From: a virus
IMG/VR virus record: IMGVR_UViG_3300044612_001159
Coordinates: 32,001 to 96,000 of that record
Strand: one strand, 5' to 3'
Length of the DNA stretch: 64,000 nucleotides
This document shows positions 45,551 to 56,293 of the stretch, in pieces. The notes under the pieces were generated by a model. The model saw only the letters and a program-made list of their open reading frames with translations. It ran no database searches and was not told the origin of the DNA. A program made the translations under genes and the position numbers. Position 1 is the stretch's first letter; every line of letters begins with the position of its first letter.

Positions 45551-46495
45551 TTAGTTTAGCATAGACTCTATAGATTTGTCAAATGAAAAGTCTAAATCTT
45601 TTATTTCACTGTCAGCCATATCGCCTATATCCTTGTATTGTTTATTTAGTTTAACTATAGAAACACGAGAGCCAAGTTTTTCAATTATCCTGTCTTTCAT
45701 GTTTCCACCTGCCTCATCATTATCAGCAATAACAATAATGTTATTGAAATACTTTTGAAGCAATTCTATTTGTTTGCTAGACACATTTGCACCTAGTGTT
45801 GCCACAGCAGGCATGCCTAACTGGTCTAACCTGATAGCGTCAAATGATGACTCCACAACATATACTCTATCAGATTTCTTTACACGATGCAAGTTAAAAA
45901 GGGTTTTGCTTTTTGGCAAGCCTGGAGTATTCTTAAAATCTTTACCTTCAACTGATCTACCAACAAATCCCAAGGGGATTCCTTCTGGGCTATGAACTGG
46001 AACAGTAACCATGTCTTGTTTATCAGAATATCCCAATGAGAACTTAGAAAATGATGAAGGATATATTTTTCTATATGAAAAATAGTTTTTTGGTCTTTCA
46101 GAAGCAACAAGGTTGTTGTGTAATCTTTTAATAATTAGTTCATCAAAAGACTTATACTTTTCTTCTTCAACTAATGCACGATCAATATCTATAGCAAGAT
46201 TACTCTGCTTTTCTTTGCTCTTGATAAACCTGGCAGCCTCAAAATACGATCTTCCAGATGTATGCATTACAAGTTCTATTAGGTCTGCTGATTTTTGACA
46301 TGAAAAACAAAAGAACATTCCGCTACTTTTTTGAACTTCTCCTGCTGGTGTTCTATGATTATTATGAAATGGACAAAATATTATAAAGTCTGCATCTAAC
46401 TCTGATTCAACTGTTACGCCTGATCCCGTAAGGACTCTCTTGACTTGTTCTGCGGTATATTGATTGGATTGGTTCCGTCTACTCCTGCTATCCAT
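45551..46495 (-). CDS. dnaG: DNA primase
   Basis: CPFH..CFSC zinc finger; TOPRIM VES.FD, DNDEAG. Confidence 0.92.
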   Translation of the reverse strand: MDSRSRRNQSNQYTAEQVKRVLTGSGVTVESELDADFIIFCPFHNNHRTPAGEVQKSSGMFFCFSCQKSADLIELVMHTSGRSYFEAARFIKSKEKQSNLAIDIDRALVEEEKYKSFDELIIKRLHNNLVASERPKNYFSYRKIYPSSFSKFSLGYSDKQDMVTVPVHSPEGIPLGFVGRSVEGKDFKNTPGLPKSKTLFNLHRVKKSDRVYVVESSFDAIRLDQLGMPAVATLGANVSSKQIELLQKYFNNIIVIADNDEAGGNMKDRIIEKLGSRVSIVKLNKQYKDIGDMADSEIKDLDFSFDKSIESMLN

Positions 46496-46767
46496 TCGCT
46501 CTTCCTTTTCCCTGCGTAAACTCCGTGTATAGATAATTCAAACTCAAAAAATCCTTTTATCTCATTATACCTTATTGTGAAGTCTGGGTCAATATCAAAT
46601 CTTGGAACATATCCACTCAGCCTCATTTCTGATACTAGCAATCTTATATATTCTATCTTTAATCTTCCTATTAAAGCCTCGTCCTGAATAACCCCATCAA
46701 TATAAAACTTCCTCAAAGACTTATGATGATAAAAGTCTGGTGGTATGTTTTCCTTATTTTTTGGCAT
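46414..46767 (-). CDS. hypothetical protein
   Basis: ORF track. Confidence 0.65.
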   Translation of the reverse strand: MPKNKENIPPDFYHHKSLRKFYIDGVIQDEALIGRLKIEYIRLLVSEMRLSGYVPRFDIDPDFTIRYNEIKGFFEFELSIHGVYAGKRKSEWIAGVDGTNPINIPQNKSRESLRDQA

Positions 46768-46779
46768 ACCATATTATAC

Positions 46780-48000
46780 CTACTTATCTTCAAAATCTTT
46801 GTACCTATAGTAGCCTTTGTCAAAATCACACTGAACTAGGAAATCTCCCATAAAGCCATTTCTATTCTTTCTAAAAGCACACTCAATAATATCACTGTTT
46901 GTACCTCGCCCAAGGGCTAAGACCCAGTCAGCATCATACGCAATCTGCCTAGACCACGCTGTTTGACCCAGTGTTGGGACTGTAGACAAATCGTTTACAT
47001 CGTCAGGTGTAGCAGAGGAGATAGCAATAATAGGAACCTCTTCGCCAATAGCCATGAGTTTGAGTTCTCTTGAAAGGTTCTTCATTCGTACCGTTTCATT
47101 ATCTGACTTCTGATTAGGAGCCATTAACTGAAGGTAATCAACGATTACAAAGTCTGGCTTATACTGATCGATCTTTCCACGAAGGACTGATGGATTAATT
47201 TCTCCACCCTGATCGTTTGAGATAATATGAAACTCTGGCTTACCCTGTAGATTTTTAGCATGCCAATCTTTAAGCATTTCTAACTCTACTTCTCCGTTGC
47301 TTAACTTTCTATGTGACCAACGACCCTCGCCCATAATCGTAAAGACACGATTACGGACCTCTGTCTCGCTCATCTCAAGACTTATGACTAGTGGGCTACG
47401 ACCCTGTTTCCAGGCCTGTACAGCGAAATAGAGAGCCAACCACGACTTTCCGATACCTGGATATGCTAAGAAGACTCCCAACTGCCCTGGCATGATTCCA
47501 GAGGGTAGGTAGTTATCAAATCCTGGCAGGCCAGTCTTTATACCAATATGACCTAATGCTTGTTGTTTCTTGACATTTTCAAAATATGCGATAGCAGACT
47601 CTAGGTCAGTAACATCAATATCACGGATAGCAGCAGTGTTCTTTTTTAACTCTGAGGTCTGTGTTATTAGATTTTCTAAAGCCTTGTTACCCTCACCCTG
47701 CTGAACATCACTAGCAGCAGATCTTAAAATATCTTTTAGGCTATCTCTTAAATATTCTCCCTGAAGTTCATCAAGATGGTGCTTGGTTGCACCCACCCCT
47801 GGAACTGGGTCAAAGTCTCTGAACTTTTCACTAACTAAGTCAACTGGCGGTAGCGATGAGTTGTTTTCAAAATAAAGCCTGATGAAGTTCCAAATGTCTG
47901 CATGTGTTCTAAGAAGATTTTCTACATTGGCCTGAAGAAGAACATGTATTTGTTTATCTTGCAATACAGCAGTTATTAGTTTTGACTCTGTGCTATTCAC
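46780..48000 (-). CDS. dnaB: replicative DNA helicase
   Basis: PGIGKS, SLEMS, VDYLQLM, DAD, KNRNG. Confidence 0.95.
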   Translation of the reverse strand: MNSTESKLITAVLQDKQIHVLLQANVENLLRTHADIWNFIRLYFENNSSLPPVDLVSEKFRDFDPVPGVGATKHHLDELQGEYLRDSLKDILRSAASDVQQGEGNKALENLITQTSELKKNTAAIRDIDVTDLESAIAYFENVKKQQALGHIGIKTGLPGFDNYLPSGIMPGQLGVFLAYPGIGKSWLALYFAVQAWKQGRSPLVISLEMSETEVRNRVFTIMGEGRWSHRKLSNGEVELEMLKDWHAKNLQGKPEFHIISNDQGGEINPSVLRGKIDQYKPDFVIVDYLQLMAPNQKSDNETVRMKNLSRELKLMAIGEEVPIIAISSATPDDVNDLSTVPTLGQTAWSRQIAYDADWVLALGRGTNSDIIECAFRKNRNGFMGDFLVQCDFDKGYYRYKDFEDK

Positions 48001-48301
48001 TTAACCACTCCTTTGCCATTATCCTACGCTCTGCTCTTTCTGCATCGTCCCGCTCTTTGTCTAATTTTATTTGAAGTATTTTTTCTGCGTTGTATGCAAA
48101 ATAATTCCAAGAAGGGGAATGAGCGATGCCAAAATAATAATTTAGTAAATCATAGCAACCGATCATTCCGTAAGACTCAATAAGTGCATCAGCAGCCCAC
48201 TGCTCTACATTAAGATTAAGAGACGGTTTTTGCTCATATCGCTGTGTGTGCAACTTACCATAACGACTAAGCAAAGCCATACGGTCTTTGCGTTCAGCCA
48301 T
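47993..48301 (-). CDS. hypothetical protein
   Basis: ORF track. Confidence 0.7.
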   Translation of the reverse strand: MAERKDRMALLSRYGKLHTQRYEQKPSLNLNVEQWAADALIESYGMIGCYDLLNYYFGIAHSPSWNYFAYNAEKILQIKLDKERDDAERAERRIMAKEWLSE

Positions 48302-48510
48302 TACTTTGCTTCTGCTTCAGTCTGTGCTTCTAGAATTTTTGCTGTAAGTTTATCTTCAACAAACTTATAAACACGCTCAAAAGCCTGATCTGTATTTTCG
48401 CCATCTCGCTTTGAGTCAGTTACGCCAAGGTCTAACCTTAGTGATTGAAAGTTGCCTAGATTTAAAGTGTATCCTAGAGTTACGGACACCTTAGTTGGTT
48501 CATTTTCCAT
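48301..48510 (-). CDS. hypothetical protein
   Basis: YTLNLGNFQSLRLD. Confidence 0.75.
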   Translation of the reverse strand: MENEPTKVSVTLGYTLNLGNFQSLRLDLGVTDSKRDGENTDQAFERVYKFVEDKLTAKILEAQTEAEAK

Positions 48511-48524
48511 TCTTATACCCTTCG

Positions 48525-49067
48525 CTAAATAGACTCACTCCATACAGGAATGAATCGTCCATCTTCTGTTTTCGTATATGTAAGTATACCATCGCCCATT
48601 CTTCGTGTCAACTCAGCCTTGCTGGGCGTAATATCATTTGTAATTAATCCATCTTTTCTTGGTCTACCAATATGGTATGTAGCCAGTATATCACGAATCT
48701 CTTTTACTTGCGATTCAGAGTAATATGATCTAACACGAAAACCTCTTGCTCCGCCTTTTTGAGATCCTTTTGGAAATGGAATAATTCCTCTACGCATAAG
48801 AGACGGCATATATTTTTTATGACGATTAACTAGATTAGCAGTCTCTCCAACTGTGTATGCTCGTTCTCTATTTTTTTTAAAATCATTAATTAAACAACTT
48901 TCAATCCTATCTTTATTTATATTATAAACAGACATTATCCCATTAGACTTATTTAAATGATGTATTCTAACAAGGTCCCCGTTTAAAAACCAAACCTTTT
49001 TATTCCCTGAAATTACAGGGAGGACATTGTAACCTTCGCTCTCAATTGTTCCCTTTTTAACAGCCAC
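48525..49067 (-). CDS. MerR-like HTH DNA-binding protein
   Basis: YTVGETANLVNR...G.IP.P...YYSE. Confidence 0.6.
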   Translation of the reverse strand: MAVKKGTIESEGYNVLPVISGNKKVWFLNGDLVRIHHLNKSNGIMSVYNINKDRIESCLINDFKKNRERAYTVGETANLVNRHKKYMPSLMRRGIIPFPKGSQKGGARGFRVRSYYSESQVKEIRDILATYHIGRPRKDGLITNDITPSKAELTRRMGDGILTYTKTEDGRFIPVWSESI

Positions 49068-49204
49068 ATGCCCTCCTGTGAATTACTAGGCGGATGAAAA
49101 AATGTTCTCGATCCGCAAGACATACAATATAGTTCTAAGTTATTTATTTGTGAATATTGCCTATCGACAAACATTCTTCCTTTACATCTTTTACAATAAA
49201 TCAT
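49013..49204 (-). CDS. zinc-ribbon protein
   Basis: CKRC...CMSCG. Confidence 0.7.
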   Translation of the reverse strand: MIYCKRCKGRMFVDRQYSQINNLELYCMSCGSRTFFHPPSNSQEGMWLLKREQLRAKVTMSSL

Positions 49205-49647
49205 TAATTAGGAATTCCCACTATCAATAAGTTAACACCGACAGTAGTATCTCCGCCAACATTAAACTTTACAACTCCTTCAATCTTCGATGTTGAAATA
49301 CTTAATAGGGTAACCGTAACATCTTTTCCAGCATCTGTATTTCCAATATTAATTGGAGTTGCAGTAACAACTGGAGGAAACTTAAACTCGCTTGGCAAAC
49401 TATATGAAAATGATTGGGTAGATCCTGCTGTTTGAGATGAGCCAGAAGTTACTTGAACGTAGCCCCCTATAATTCTTGCCTCAGACGTTTTTACGCTCTG
49501 CTTGCCAGAGTTTGGGGTGTCTACCGTAACATACTTATATATTGATGTAGACGCTTGACTGGAAAGATCATTGAGTGCCTTAACTATCTGATAAAGATAT
49601 GTTACATCTAAAGGCTGCCCCCGTTCGGGTAAAGGTAATATTGCCAT
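49204..49647 (-). CDS. tail fibre/minor tail protein (H-lectin-like C-terminus)
   Basis: F..PPVVTAT...IVG; tail module position. Confidence 0.55.
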   Translation of the reverse strand: MAILPLPERGQPLDVTYLYQIVKALNDLSSQASTSIYKYVTVDTPNSGKQSVKTSEARIIGGYVQVTSGSSQTAGSTQSFSYSLPSEFKFPPVVTATPINIGNTDAGKDVTVTLLSISTSKIEGVVKFNVGGDTTVGVNLLIVGIPN

Positions 49648-49654
49648 AATATAA

Positions 49655-50092
49655 TTATACCAGACTGACTATTCCAGAATCATATATTTTTAAATCAGGA
49701 TTTAAAGATGGGTTAACGGATGATGCCTGAACAACAACACGCACAGATGTAGTTCCAGTTTTAATAAACGAATAATTTGAAGATCCTGTAGAAGCCCTAA
49801 ATGTTGGAACAGAAGAGTCAAAGCCTATAAAAACATCATAGAGTATTTGAGTTGATATTTCTCCAGCAGACCAGTTAACCATTATTGTGTTTCCAACAAC
49901 ATTTATATCTCCAACACCAAGAAGAACTTCTCCAGATTCAGCAACAAATATTTGAGAATATGCAGACTTTCTATTTTTATCATCTGATATTATCCTAAAT
50001 CTTAAAACAACAGAATTGTTTTCAGTAACCTTTCCCAAAGAATCTTTTTTAATAATAACATTTTTTATTCCTTTATCTGGAGTTTTACTCAT
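49655..50092 (-). CDS. minor tail protein (FN3-like)
   Basis: beta-rich; position. Confidence 0.5.
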   Translation of the reverse strand: MSKTPDKGIKNVIIKKDSLGKVTENNSVVLRFRIISDDKNRKSAYSQIFVAESGEVLLGVGDINVVGNTIMVNWSAGEISTQILYDVFIGFDSSVPTFRASTGSSNYSFIKTGTTSVRVVVQASSVNPSLNPDLKIYDSGIVSLV

Positions 50093-50094
50093 GG

Positions 50095-51258
50095 TTAAAC
50101 ATCCAATACAAATCTAAACTCTATGTAATTGGTTGTGTTGGCTGATTTTATAATTGGTCTTGCCTGAACATTTTTAATTACAGAGTAGCCAGTTAGACCG
50201 TACAAAGAGTTTGTTGATGTAGTGTTTTCAAGCCTTATTCCGTCTAGGCATACATAAAAAGAATCCGATGGAAGATTATTTTTAGTAACACAAGCATAAA
50301 TTTTTACAGAGGATACATCTGGCCAGTTAAATCTCAAACTTTTGTCTAACTCTTGAAATGTTCTTTTTGCTACGATATATCTATTATTTGCAAAGTTGTG
50401 CTTGTCTTCTGATGTCCCTTGTGCATAATTAATATCATCAATGTCAACTACAAACTTTGCATGCTGAACAGTTGAATTAGGTCCAGTATGAGAAAACTCT
50501 ACTAAAATTTTAACATTGTCTGGAACAGTCAAAGAGTTTGCCACCTTGCTAACAACAGAAAATGCTAACCTTAATTCATCCAATGGGCTATTTTTACTAA
50601 AATCTGACGATGGATTATCTAAAACTATATAGTCTGACTCAGTAAGTCTAACCATGCTCCCCTGTTGATCATATAAAAGATTTGAAGAATCACCCCTAAG
50701 TGCTACAATATTATTTAAAAATCTACATCTTTCGTTTCTATTAACTCTATCTGTTTGGGTAAAAACTCTATTGTCTGCATTTGTAGAAAAAATCTTTGAT
50801 GTTTGATTTATCGTTCCATTATTGCTATCTCCGTCTAATGGACTATATTGTACAGGAATGTCTATTGGAGAGGCTCCATCAATGCTATACCGCCAATTAT
50901 CCGTATCTGCAAAAGAATAAACTACTCTACTATCGAATGATCCAGCCACTGGATTTGAGCCTGCAGAAAAAATGCCAACCTCAGTAATCTCATATCTTTC
51001 TTCCGTGGGCAGTTCTGCTGTCAGCACCACCTTTGATAAACCATTTTCATTTACAAATCCCCTAGAAATAATAGGGGCACGAAACATTTCAAAATCTAAA
51101 GACTCTTTATTTTTTAATATTGTCAACTCTTCAGGGGGAAACGTATAATCAGAAACAACTGGCTTGGCTCCACAGCCTACGGCAATATGGGACGCATACG
51201 ATGGCGTCTGCCCAACAAGGTATTTTGCTAAAAGATTTTTTCCTATATTAGTTATCAT
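50095..51258 (-). CDS. minor tail/baseplate protein
   Basis: MITN.GK..LA.Y, HIAVG.G, ITEVGIF. Confidence 0.6.
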   Translation of the reverse strand: MITNIGKNLLAKYLVGQTPSYASHIAVGCGAKPVVSDYTFPPEELTILKNKESLDFEMFRAPIISRGFVNENGLSKVVLTAELPTEERYEITEVGIFSAGSNPVAGSFDSRVVYSFADTDNWRYSIDGASPIDIPVQYSPLDGDSNNGTINQTSKIFSTNADNRVFTQTDRVNRNERCRFLNNIVALRGDSSNLLYDQQGSMVRLTESDYIVLDNPSSDFSKNSPLDELRLAFSVVSKVANSLTVPDNVKILVEFSHTGPNSTVQHAKFVVDIDDINYAQGTSEDKHNFANNRYIVAKRTFQELDKSLRFNWPDVSSVKIYACVTKNNLPSDSFYVCLDGIRLENTTSTNSLYGLTGYSVIKNVQARPIIKSANTTNYIEFRFVLDV

Positions 51259-51842
51259 TGGCTGCTCCCATAGTATATTGTATCATCAAAAATGTTTCCA
51301 GCGGTCAATATTTCTACTTCTACCTGCTCATTTTCTTTCATATTTATAAGATTAATTACAAGGTCTCCAGTGATTGGATCTATGTATATAGACTTACAGT
51401 TTGGCGTTTTTATCCATTTGGTCTTATCTGGCTCGTTTGGATTACTCACTGGTGGTGCTATGTCATATCCAGTACCGCATATTGGAAGACGATCAAAAAT
51501 AGAAAGTGACAGTGACTTAAAATAAGAATCTGCCGATTGAAGCCTTAAAACATTATTTGGGTTGTACTGTAAATACAAATCTGTTAAATTTTTAATTGGT
51601 GCATATATAACCTTTTGACCATTTATTAGGTCATGTCTAGAAATTGTTGCAAGTTCGTATCCACCAATATCTTCAAAAATTAAGTCAGTCATTATCTCTA
51701 TTGACATTGTTTCGTCATTTGATAATATTAAATCTGGCGTTGCAATCTTAACACCGTCATCGTTATTTTTTGGGGATGGCTCTGGTATTGCTGCTACAGC
51801 AGAAAGATAAATTGGGTCTACAGAACTAATTGGGCTTGACAT
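51255..51842 (-). CDS. minor tail protein
   Basis: position. Confidence 0.5.
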   Translation of the reverse strand: MSSPISSVDPIYLSAVAAIPEPSPKNNDDGVKIATPDLILSNDETMSIEIMTDLIFEDIGGYELATISRHDLINGQKVIYAPIKNLTDLYLQYNPNNVLRLQSADSYFKSLSLSIFDRLPICGTGYDIAPPVSNPNEPDKTKWIKTPNCKSIYIDPITGDLVINLINMKENEQVEVEILTAGNIFDDTIYYGSSQ

Positions 51843-54800
51843 TAAACCACCTCACTTAAAAATAAAGTCATTGAAGGACCGTCAGAACTTCTTGAGAATT
51901 CAATATTATAGACAACAAATCGATTATTTGGATTTGACGCCATGCTTATATCGTTCTCTTTGTAATCTACGCTAACGATGTCTCCTAGTTGTATTGTTGG
52001 AATTGCAAATATTTGAGCCCCAATAGATCTTCTAGGCTTTGCTATTTTTTCAATTAGCCATTCCATTAAACTGTTTGCTTCATCTTGAGACTGTATATAT
52101 GTTGTATCTATAGCAAAATCTTTTTTACCGTAGGTCATTCTGCTAAGTTTAATATCCTGATAGTCTTGTTTAAATTTATATGGATTTGATATAAGTTTAT
52201 CTGCAACAAACTGTGGATTAGAAACAAGACTGTTCTTGTTAAAATATTCATCAACTGTAAGATTGTTATCAGACTGTTGAGTAAATGTAATTCCCTGAAT
52301 TCTCAAATAGTTTCCGCTAGTTTCATCTAATGACAAAGGTGCATCGGTTGTATTAAAAATTAAAAACTCTGCTCCGTAGGACCCTGCTCTAAAACCAGAT
52401 ACTGCATAACCTTTCATTTTATTAAATGTTGGAGAAATTTTTGCACTAAGTGCTGGATATGCTTTATCGTATTTAAAATTAAATGCTGCCAACTCTCTCA
52501 TAATGCTTCCAAACTCTTCAAAGTAGATATCATATTTTGGTGGCTCAGAAGAACTAATACCAGTTAAATAAGTATTTTGTATTAAACCACTAATTGAATA
52601 TTTTCTAAACGACTCGTTAGCATCAATCTCCGTATCTCCAAAAACAGAATTAACAGGGGCACCAAGTTTAAATGATGTGTTCTGTGCATAGTTGTTACAT
52701 AGTGCATACACATTTTCAAACATTGCTCTTGATGATCCTCTAGTAAATAATGCCATACTTGAGTATGCTGGAAGTGGGTCTATATCGTCTACTGTCTTTA
52801 TAACTACTCCATTTAAATATAAATAAAATCTTCTAGTTGTTCCTATATCCTCATATTCTACTGCTAAGTCATATACCGTCGGATTTTCTTCAGCAAAACT
52901 TCTTGATTGGCCTGTAAACTTTCCGTCATCTACTGTGATTTGTCCCAAACCATCCCAAAGTTTAACGGGAACTGCAGATCCATTATTAGACTTTATTTTA
53001 TAAAAAAACACATTGCTAACGCCTTGTTTTTCTGTGTCTGATAGTTTGCCCAATCCTAGCGCTGCTATCTCAAAATAGTAGCCAACGTTTGTAATAGGAT
53101 TAAGCATTATGGCGATGCCTGCAGAACCCCCAGAGATATTAATATTTTTATCTGGCGTAGTTCCATTCACTACAAAATATGTTGAAGATCCGTTGGAGGT
53201 TTGTCCTCTATCTTGATTATTTTCTATCTTGCCAACAATTCTCATTCTTGTTCCAAAATGTTTATATTTTTTATTTTCTAAAGATTTGTGAACATAAGAA
53301 ATAAAGTTTCTTGGTTTTTCCTTTGTTGTAAAATTTGGACCAGTTAAGGATAAAGCAGAAGACTGAATTGATCCAGGCTGTTGCTGGGTTTGTGTTGTTA
53401 TTTCTCCAGTAAGTGTTGTAGAGAAAAAGTTTTTTATAAGACCAGTTCTTGTAGAAGTTCTTCCTATGGCATCAGCAGATACGCCTGTGTCTGTTGTTTT
53501 GCCTGCAGAAGAAACTGTTGTTGCAGGAATTGGGGTTTTGTTATCAAAAAGATATTCAGAGGACATATAGCATCCTTTAACATTGTCGTCAGACTTCCAA
53601 TAATCAGATATACCAGCAGTGTGCTCTACCACATTTGTTCCAAATTGACCACGACCATGCTTTACTACTGGACCATTTTGAAGTTTTATTACGCCACCCT
53701 GCTCAAAATACTTTGGCTCTGAGTAAATTCTTACTAGACCTGTTGGATATATTTTTCCATTAAAAGGCAGTTTAGCAAAATAGTACTGATAATCTTCAAT
53801 AGAAGTTATCCAGACATTTCCAAATCCAGTAACATTGTGCTGAACGGCATCGTACTTTATAATTTCTCCTTGAGAATAAAAGTACCCATTATATCTAGCA
53901 ATCCAAAATACTGCTTCGCCTAAACTAAAAGTATTATTTATAACAACATTATTTTTTACAACAGGAACATCTGCAGAAAGGTTTGCATTTAGCGGAATTG
54001 CTGTAAGAAGATAAGAAGATTGGGTTCCAATCTCATTATTCAAAGACTTTGTATTCTCAGTTCCAGAAACCTCCCAGAGTAGCGCTGGCTTGTATGTGTA
54101 ATATCTTTCTTCATCTAAAAGGCTGGCCTGTTTGATAGACCCTATTGATCTTTGAATATGTCTTGGAGTATAGTTAATTACTCCATCATTATATACAATG
54201 TTAGACTGAGCAGAAACAGAAATAATGTTTGCAAGTTTAGACTTTTCCAAAGTTTTATTTGTAATTTCTCTATCTTCAAATAAATCATTTGTTCCTTTAA
54301 GTGCAAAGGTTGTCGGCCTTTGCTCTTTGGTTGGCATTATGTAGTTTTTGCTCATCATAACAAAATTATTATATTCATCAAAAAACATTGCCGTTTGTGT
54401 AGAAACTGCTATGTCTTGAAGAATTTCTGCAACGCTTCTGTCTGGAGGAATGAAAAAATATGGAATTATTACTTCTTTTTCATTGGCTACTCTTTTAAAA
54501 GTATAGTTAGAAAATCCAATATAGTCAAGCAAAAGAGAAACTGCGGAACTAACAGAAACTTCAGTCATTAATATTTGTGGCGCTGTCATTGATTCTAAAT
54601 ACCAATATAGATCTCTTAGTGATATTGAAACTCTTTTGCTCACAACATCAGACTTTGGAAATGAGTCAGAGTATAGTGTTTTTATTGGAACCCAATAATC
54701 CCAACCATTGACATCAACTATAACTTCATAAAACTTAAACTGTATATGTCTATCTGTATATTTATGAACAATGCTAGAATAATTGTTTTCATTAAAGGCT

Positions 54801-56293
54801 TGATCATAATCAAATATATTTATTGATCCATTTGAAGCAACGAGTTGTCCAACTGGCAAACCGCTAACTCCAAGGTCAGATGCACTTTTATTTATTGAAT
54901 AATCCAATGTCTTATCTGATATATTCATTACAAGTCGGGGAGACATTTCTATCAGATCAAATGTTGAGTCTTTCACATTCATTGTATCAACTACAATTCT
55001 TATTCCAGAAATATATTCAAACTCCCTATATTGAACCTTACCATCTAATGTTCTTAAAAATTTACTTGGATCTGTTGCGTCTACAACAAAGTTGGTTAGC
55101 CTATCTACAGTTTCATCTTGAACATACCACCCATATTTTGGTCTAATAATTGTATAATCTTGACCGTTCCAAATGTGATATTCTCCAATGTCATTTTCAT
55201 TTTCTTTAATAAGGTACGCATATCCAATTACCGACTCTTTTGGTAAAAATAGTTCAGTTGGATATGTTTCTGCAAATACAAAATTATCTCTCCACTCATC
55301 TGGAACAATTAGTCCATAAGCAATTTCAACATATCCATCACTTTTAATAATTGAAGAGCCATCTCTTCTTCTTTTTGATGGATCAAAAGATATAAGGTCT
55401 TGCCAATTATTATCTTTTAAAACTTGAATCTTCCACTTGCTAGGAGTTTTTTGATTTAACTCTCCAAAAAATGGATCAGCAAAAGACCCTGTAGAGGATG
55501 AAAAAGGACCAAGATTTTCTGTACCCGTATGCGTTTGCATCTTAATAACAATCCTATTTGTAGGAATTTTTTCTTTATAAACAACAAATGGACAAGCGTC
55601 TTCAATGTCATACTGAGGCCCTCTTACCTTAGAAGCAATCCCATATTCTTGTCCACCCTCAGTTCTATAGGATGTCCAATATTTAAATATATCATTTTTA
55701 TCTGGCATGTAATATCTTGGTCTGTCTGCCATAAATAAATTAGGGTGGTGTAGTTTTCCATTTTCAAGAAACACTGCTTTATTAATTCCAGATCTAGGTC
55801 TGAACTGATTAAAACAATCCTCTAGAGAGTATAGCGTTTGAAGTTTTTCTTTTTTAGTTAAAAATATTGTTGGCACATCATTATTATCAAATGATCCATC
55901 GACTGCAACATCTGCATCTGTTGCCCCAGTATAAAAGTTTCCAGCATCATTAATATCAAAACTTGTAGGTAAAGAAGAGTATATAGAAGATGGTTGTTCT
56001 GTACTCACCCTCCATCGATTTCGAGTGTCCGTGTCAGAAATCTTACACTCATAAGTCGCACCTGAAGAAGATTTGCCTATTGCTCCAGCAGGGGAACAAA
56101 AAGCCCCTGGGGTAATGGTCCATACCGAACTTATTGGGTTTGGTGTTGAAGTTTGGGTTGGCCTATATCTATAATTACCAACATGTTTTATATTTGTTGG
56201 TATATTCATATTCCATTCTGCAGTAATTACCGACTTATTTCTAATAGTTGGAGATGTCTCCAGAAATGTCTGCAGGTCTTTGTCTTCAAACAT
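51842..56293 (-). CDS. large minor tail/baseplate hub protein
   Basis: 1483 aa, two genes downstream of TMP; IQLGD.V.V C-terminus. Confidence 0.7.
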   Translation of the reverse strand: MFEDKDLQTFLETSPTIRNKSVITAEWNMNIPTNIKHVGNYRYRPTQTSTPNPISSVWTITPGAFCSPAGAIGKSSSGATYECKISDTDTRNRWRVSTEQPSSIYSSLPTSFDINDAGNFYTGATDADVAVDGSFDNNDVPTIFLTKKEKLQTLYSLEDCFNQFRPRSGINKAVFLENGKLHHPNLFMADRPRYYMPDKNDIFKYWTSYRTEGGQEYGIASKVRGPQYDIEDACPFVVYKEKIPTNRIVIKMQTHTGTENLGPFSSSTGSFADPFFGELNQKTPSKWKIQVLKDNNWQDLISFDPSKRRRDGSSIIKSDGYVEIAYGLIVPDEWRDNFVFAETYPTELFLPKESVIGYAYLIKENENDIGEYHIWNGQDYTIIRPKYGWYVQDETVDRLTNFVVDATDPSKFLRTLDGKVQYREFEYISGIRIVVDTMNVKDSTFDLIEMSPRLVMNISDKTLDYSINKSASDLGVSGLPVGQLVASNGSINIFDYDQAFNENNYSSIVHKYTDRHIQFKFYEVIVDVNGWDYWVPIKTLYSDSFPKSDVVSKRVSISLRDLYWYLESMTAPQILMTEVSVSSAVSLLLDYIGFSNYTFKRVANEKEVIIPYFFIPPDRSVAEILQDIAVSTQTAMFFDEYNNFVMMSKNYIMPTKEQRPTTFALKGTNDLFEDREITNKTLEKSKLANIISVSAQSNIVYNDGVINYTPRHIQRSIGSIKQASLLDEERYYTYKPALLWEVSGTENTKSLNNEIGTQSSYLLTAIPLNANLSADVPVVKNNVVINNTFSLGEAVFWIARYNGYFYSQGEIIKYDAVQHNVTGFGNVWITSIEDYQYYFAKLPFNGKIYPTGLVRIYSEPKYFEQGGVIKLQNGPVVKHGRGQFGTNVVEHTAGISDYWKSDDNVKGCYMSSEYLFDNKTPIPATTVSSAGKTTDTGVSADAIGRTSTRTGLIKNFFSTTLTGEITTQTQQQPGSIQSSALSLTGPNFTTKEKPRNFISYVHKSLENKKYKHFGTRMRIVGKIENNQDRGQTSNGSSTYFVVNGTTPDKNINISGGSAGIAIMLNPITNVGYYFEIAALGLGKLSDTEKQGVSNVFFYKIKSNNGSAVPVKLWDGLGQITVDDGKFTGQSRSFAEENPTVYDLAVEYEDIGTTRRFYLYLNGVVIKTVDDIDPLPAYSSMALFTRGSSRAMFENVYALCNNYAQNTSFKLGAPVNSVFGDTEIDANESFRKYSISGLIQNTYLTGISSSEPPKYDIYFEEFGSIMRELAAFNFKYDKAYPALSAKISPTFNKMKGYAVSGFRAGSYGAEFLIFNTTDAPLSLDETSGNYLRIQGITFTQQSDNNLTVDEYFNKNSLVSNPQFVADKLISNPYKFKQDYQDIKLSRMTYGKKDFAIDTTYIQSQDEANSLMEWLIEKIAKPRRSIGAQIFAIPTIQLGDIVSVDYKENDISMASNPNNRFVVYNIEFSRSSDGPSMTLFLSEVV

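Noticed and set aside
35300-48000. Inteins or introns in terL, recA, dnaE, dnaB
   Set aside because: Lengths are normal, the ORFs are uninterrupted and no splice-junction motifs are evident.
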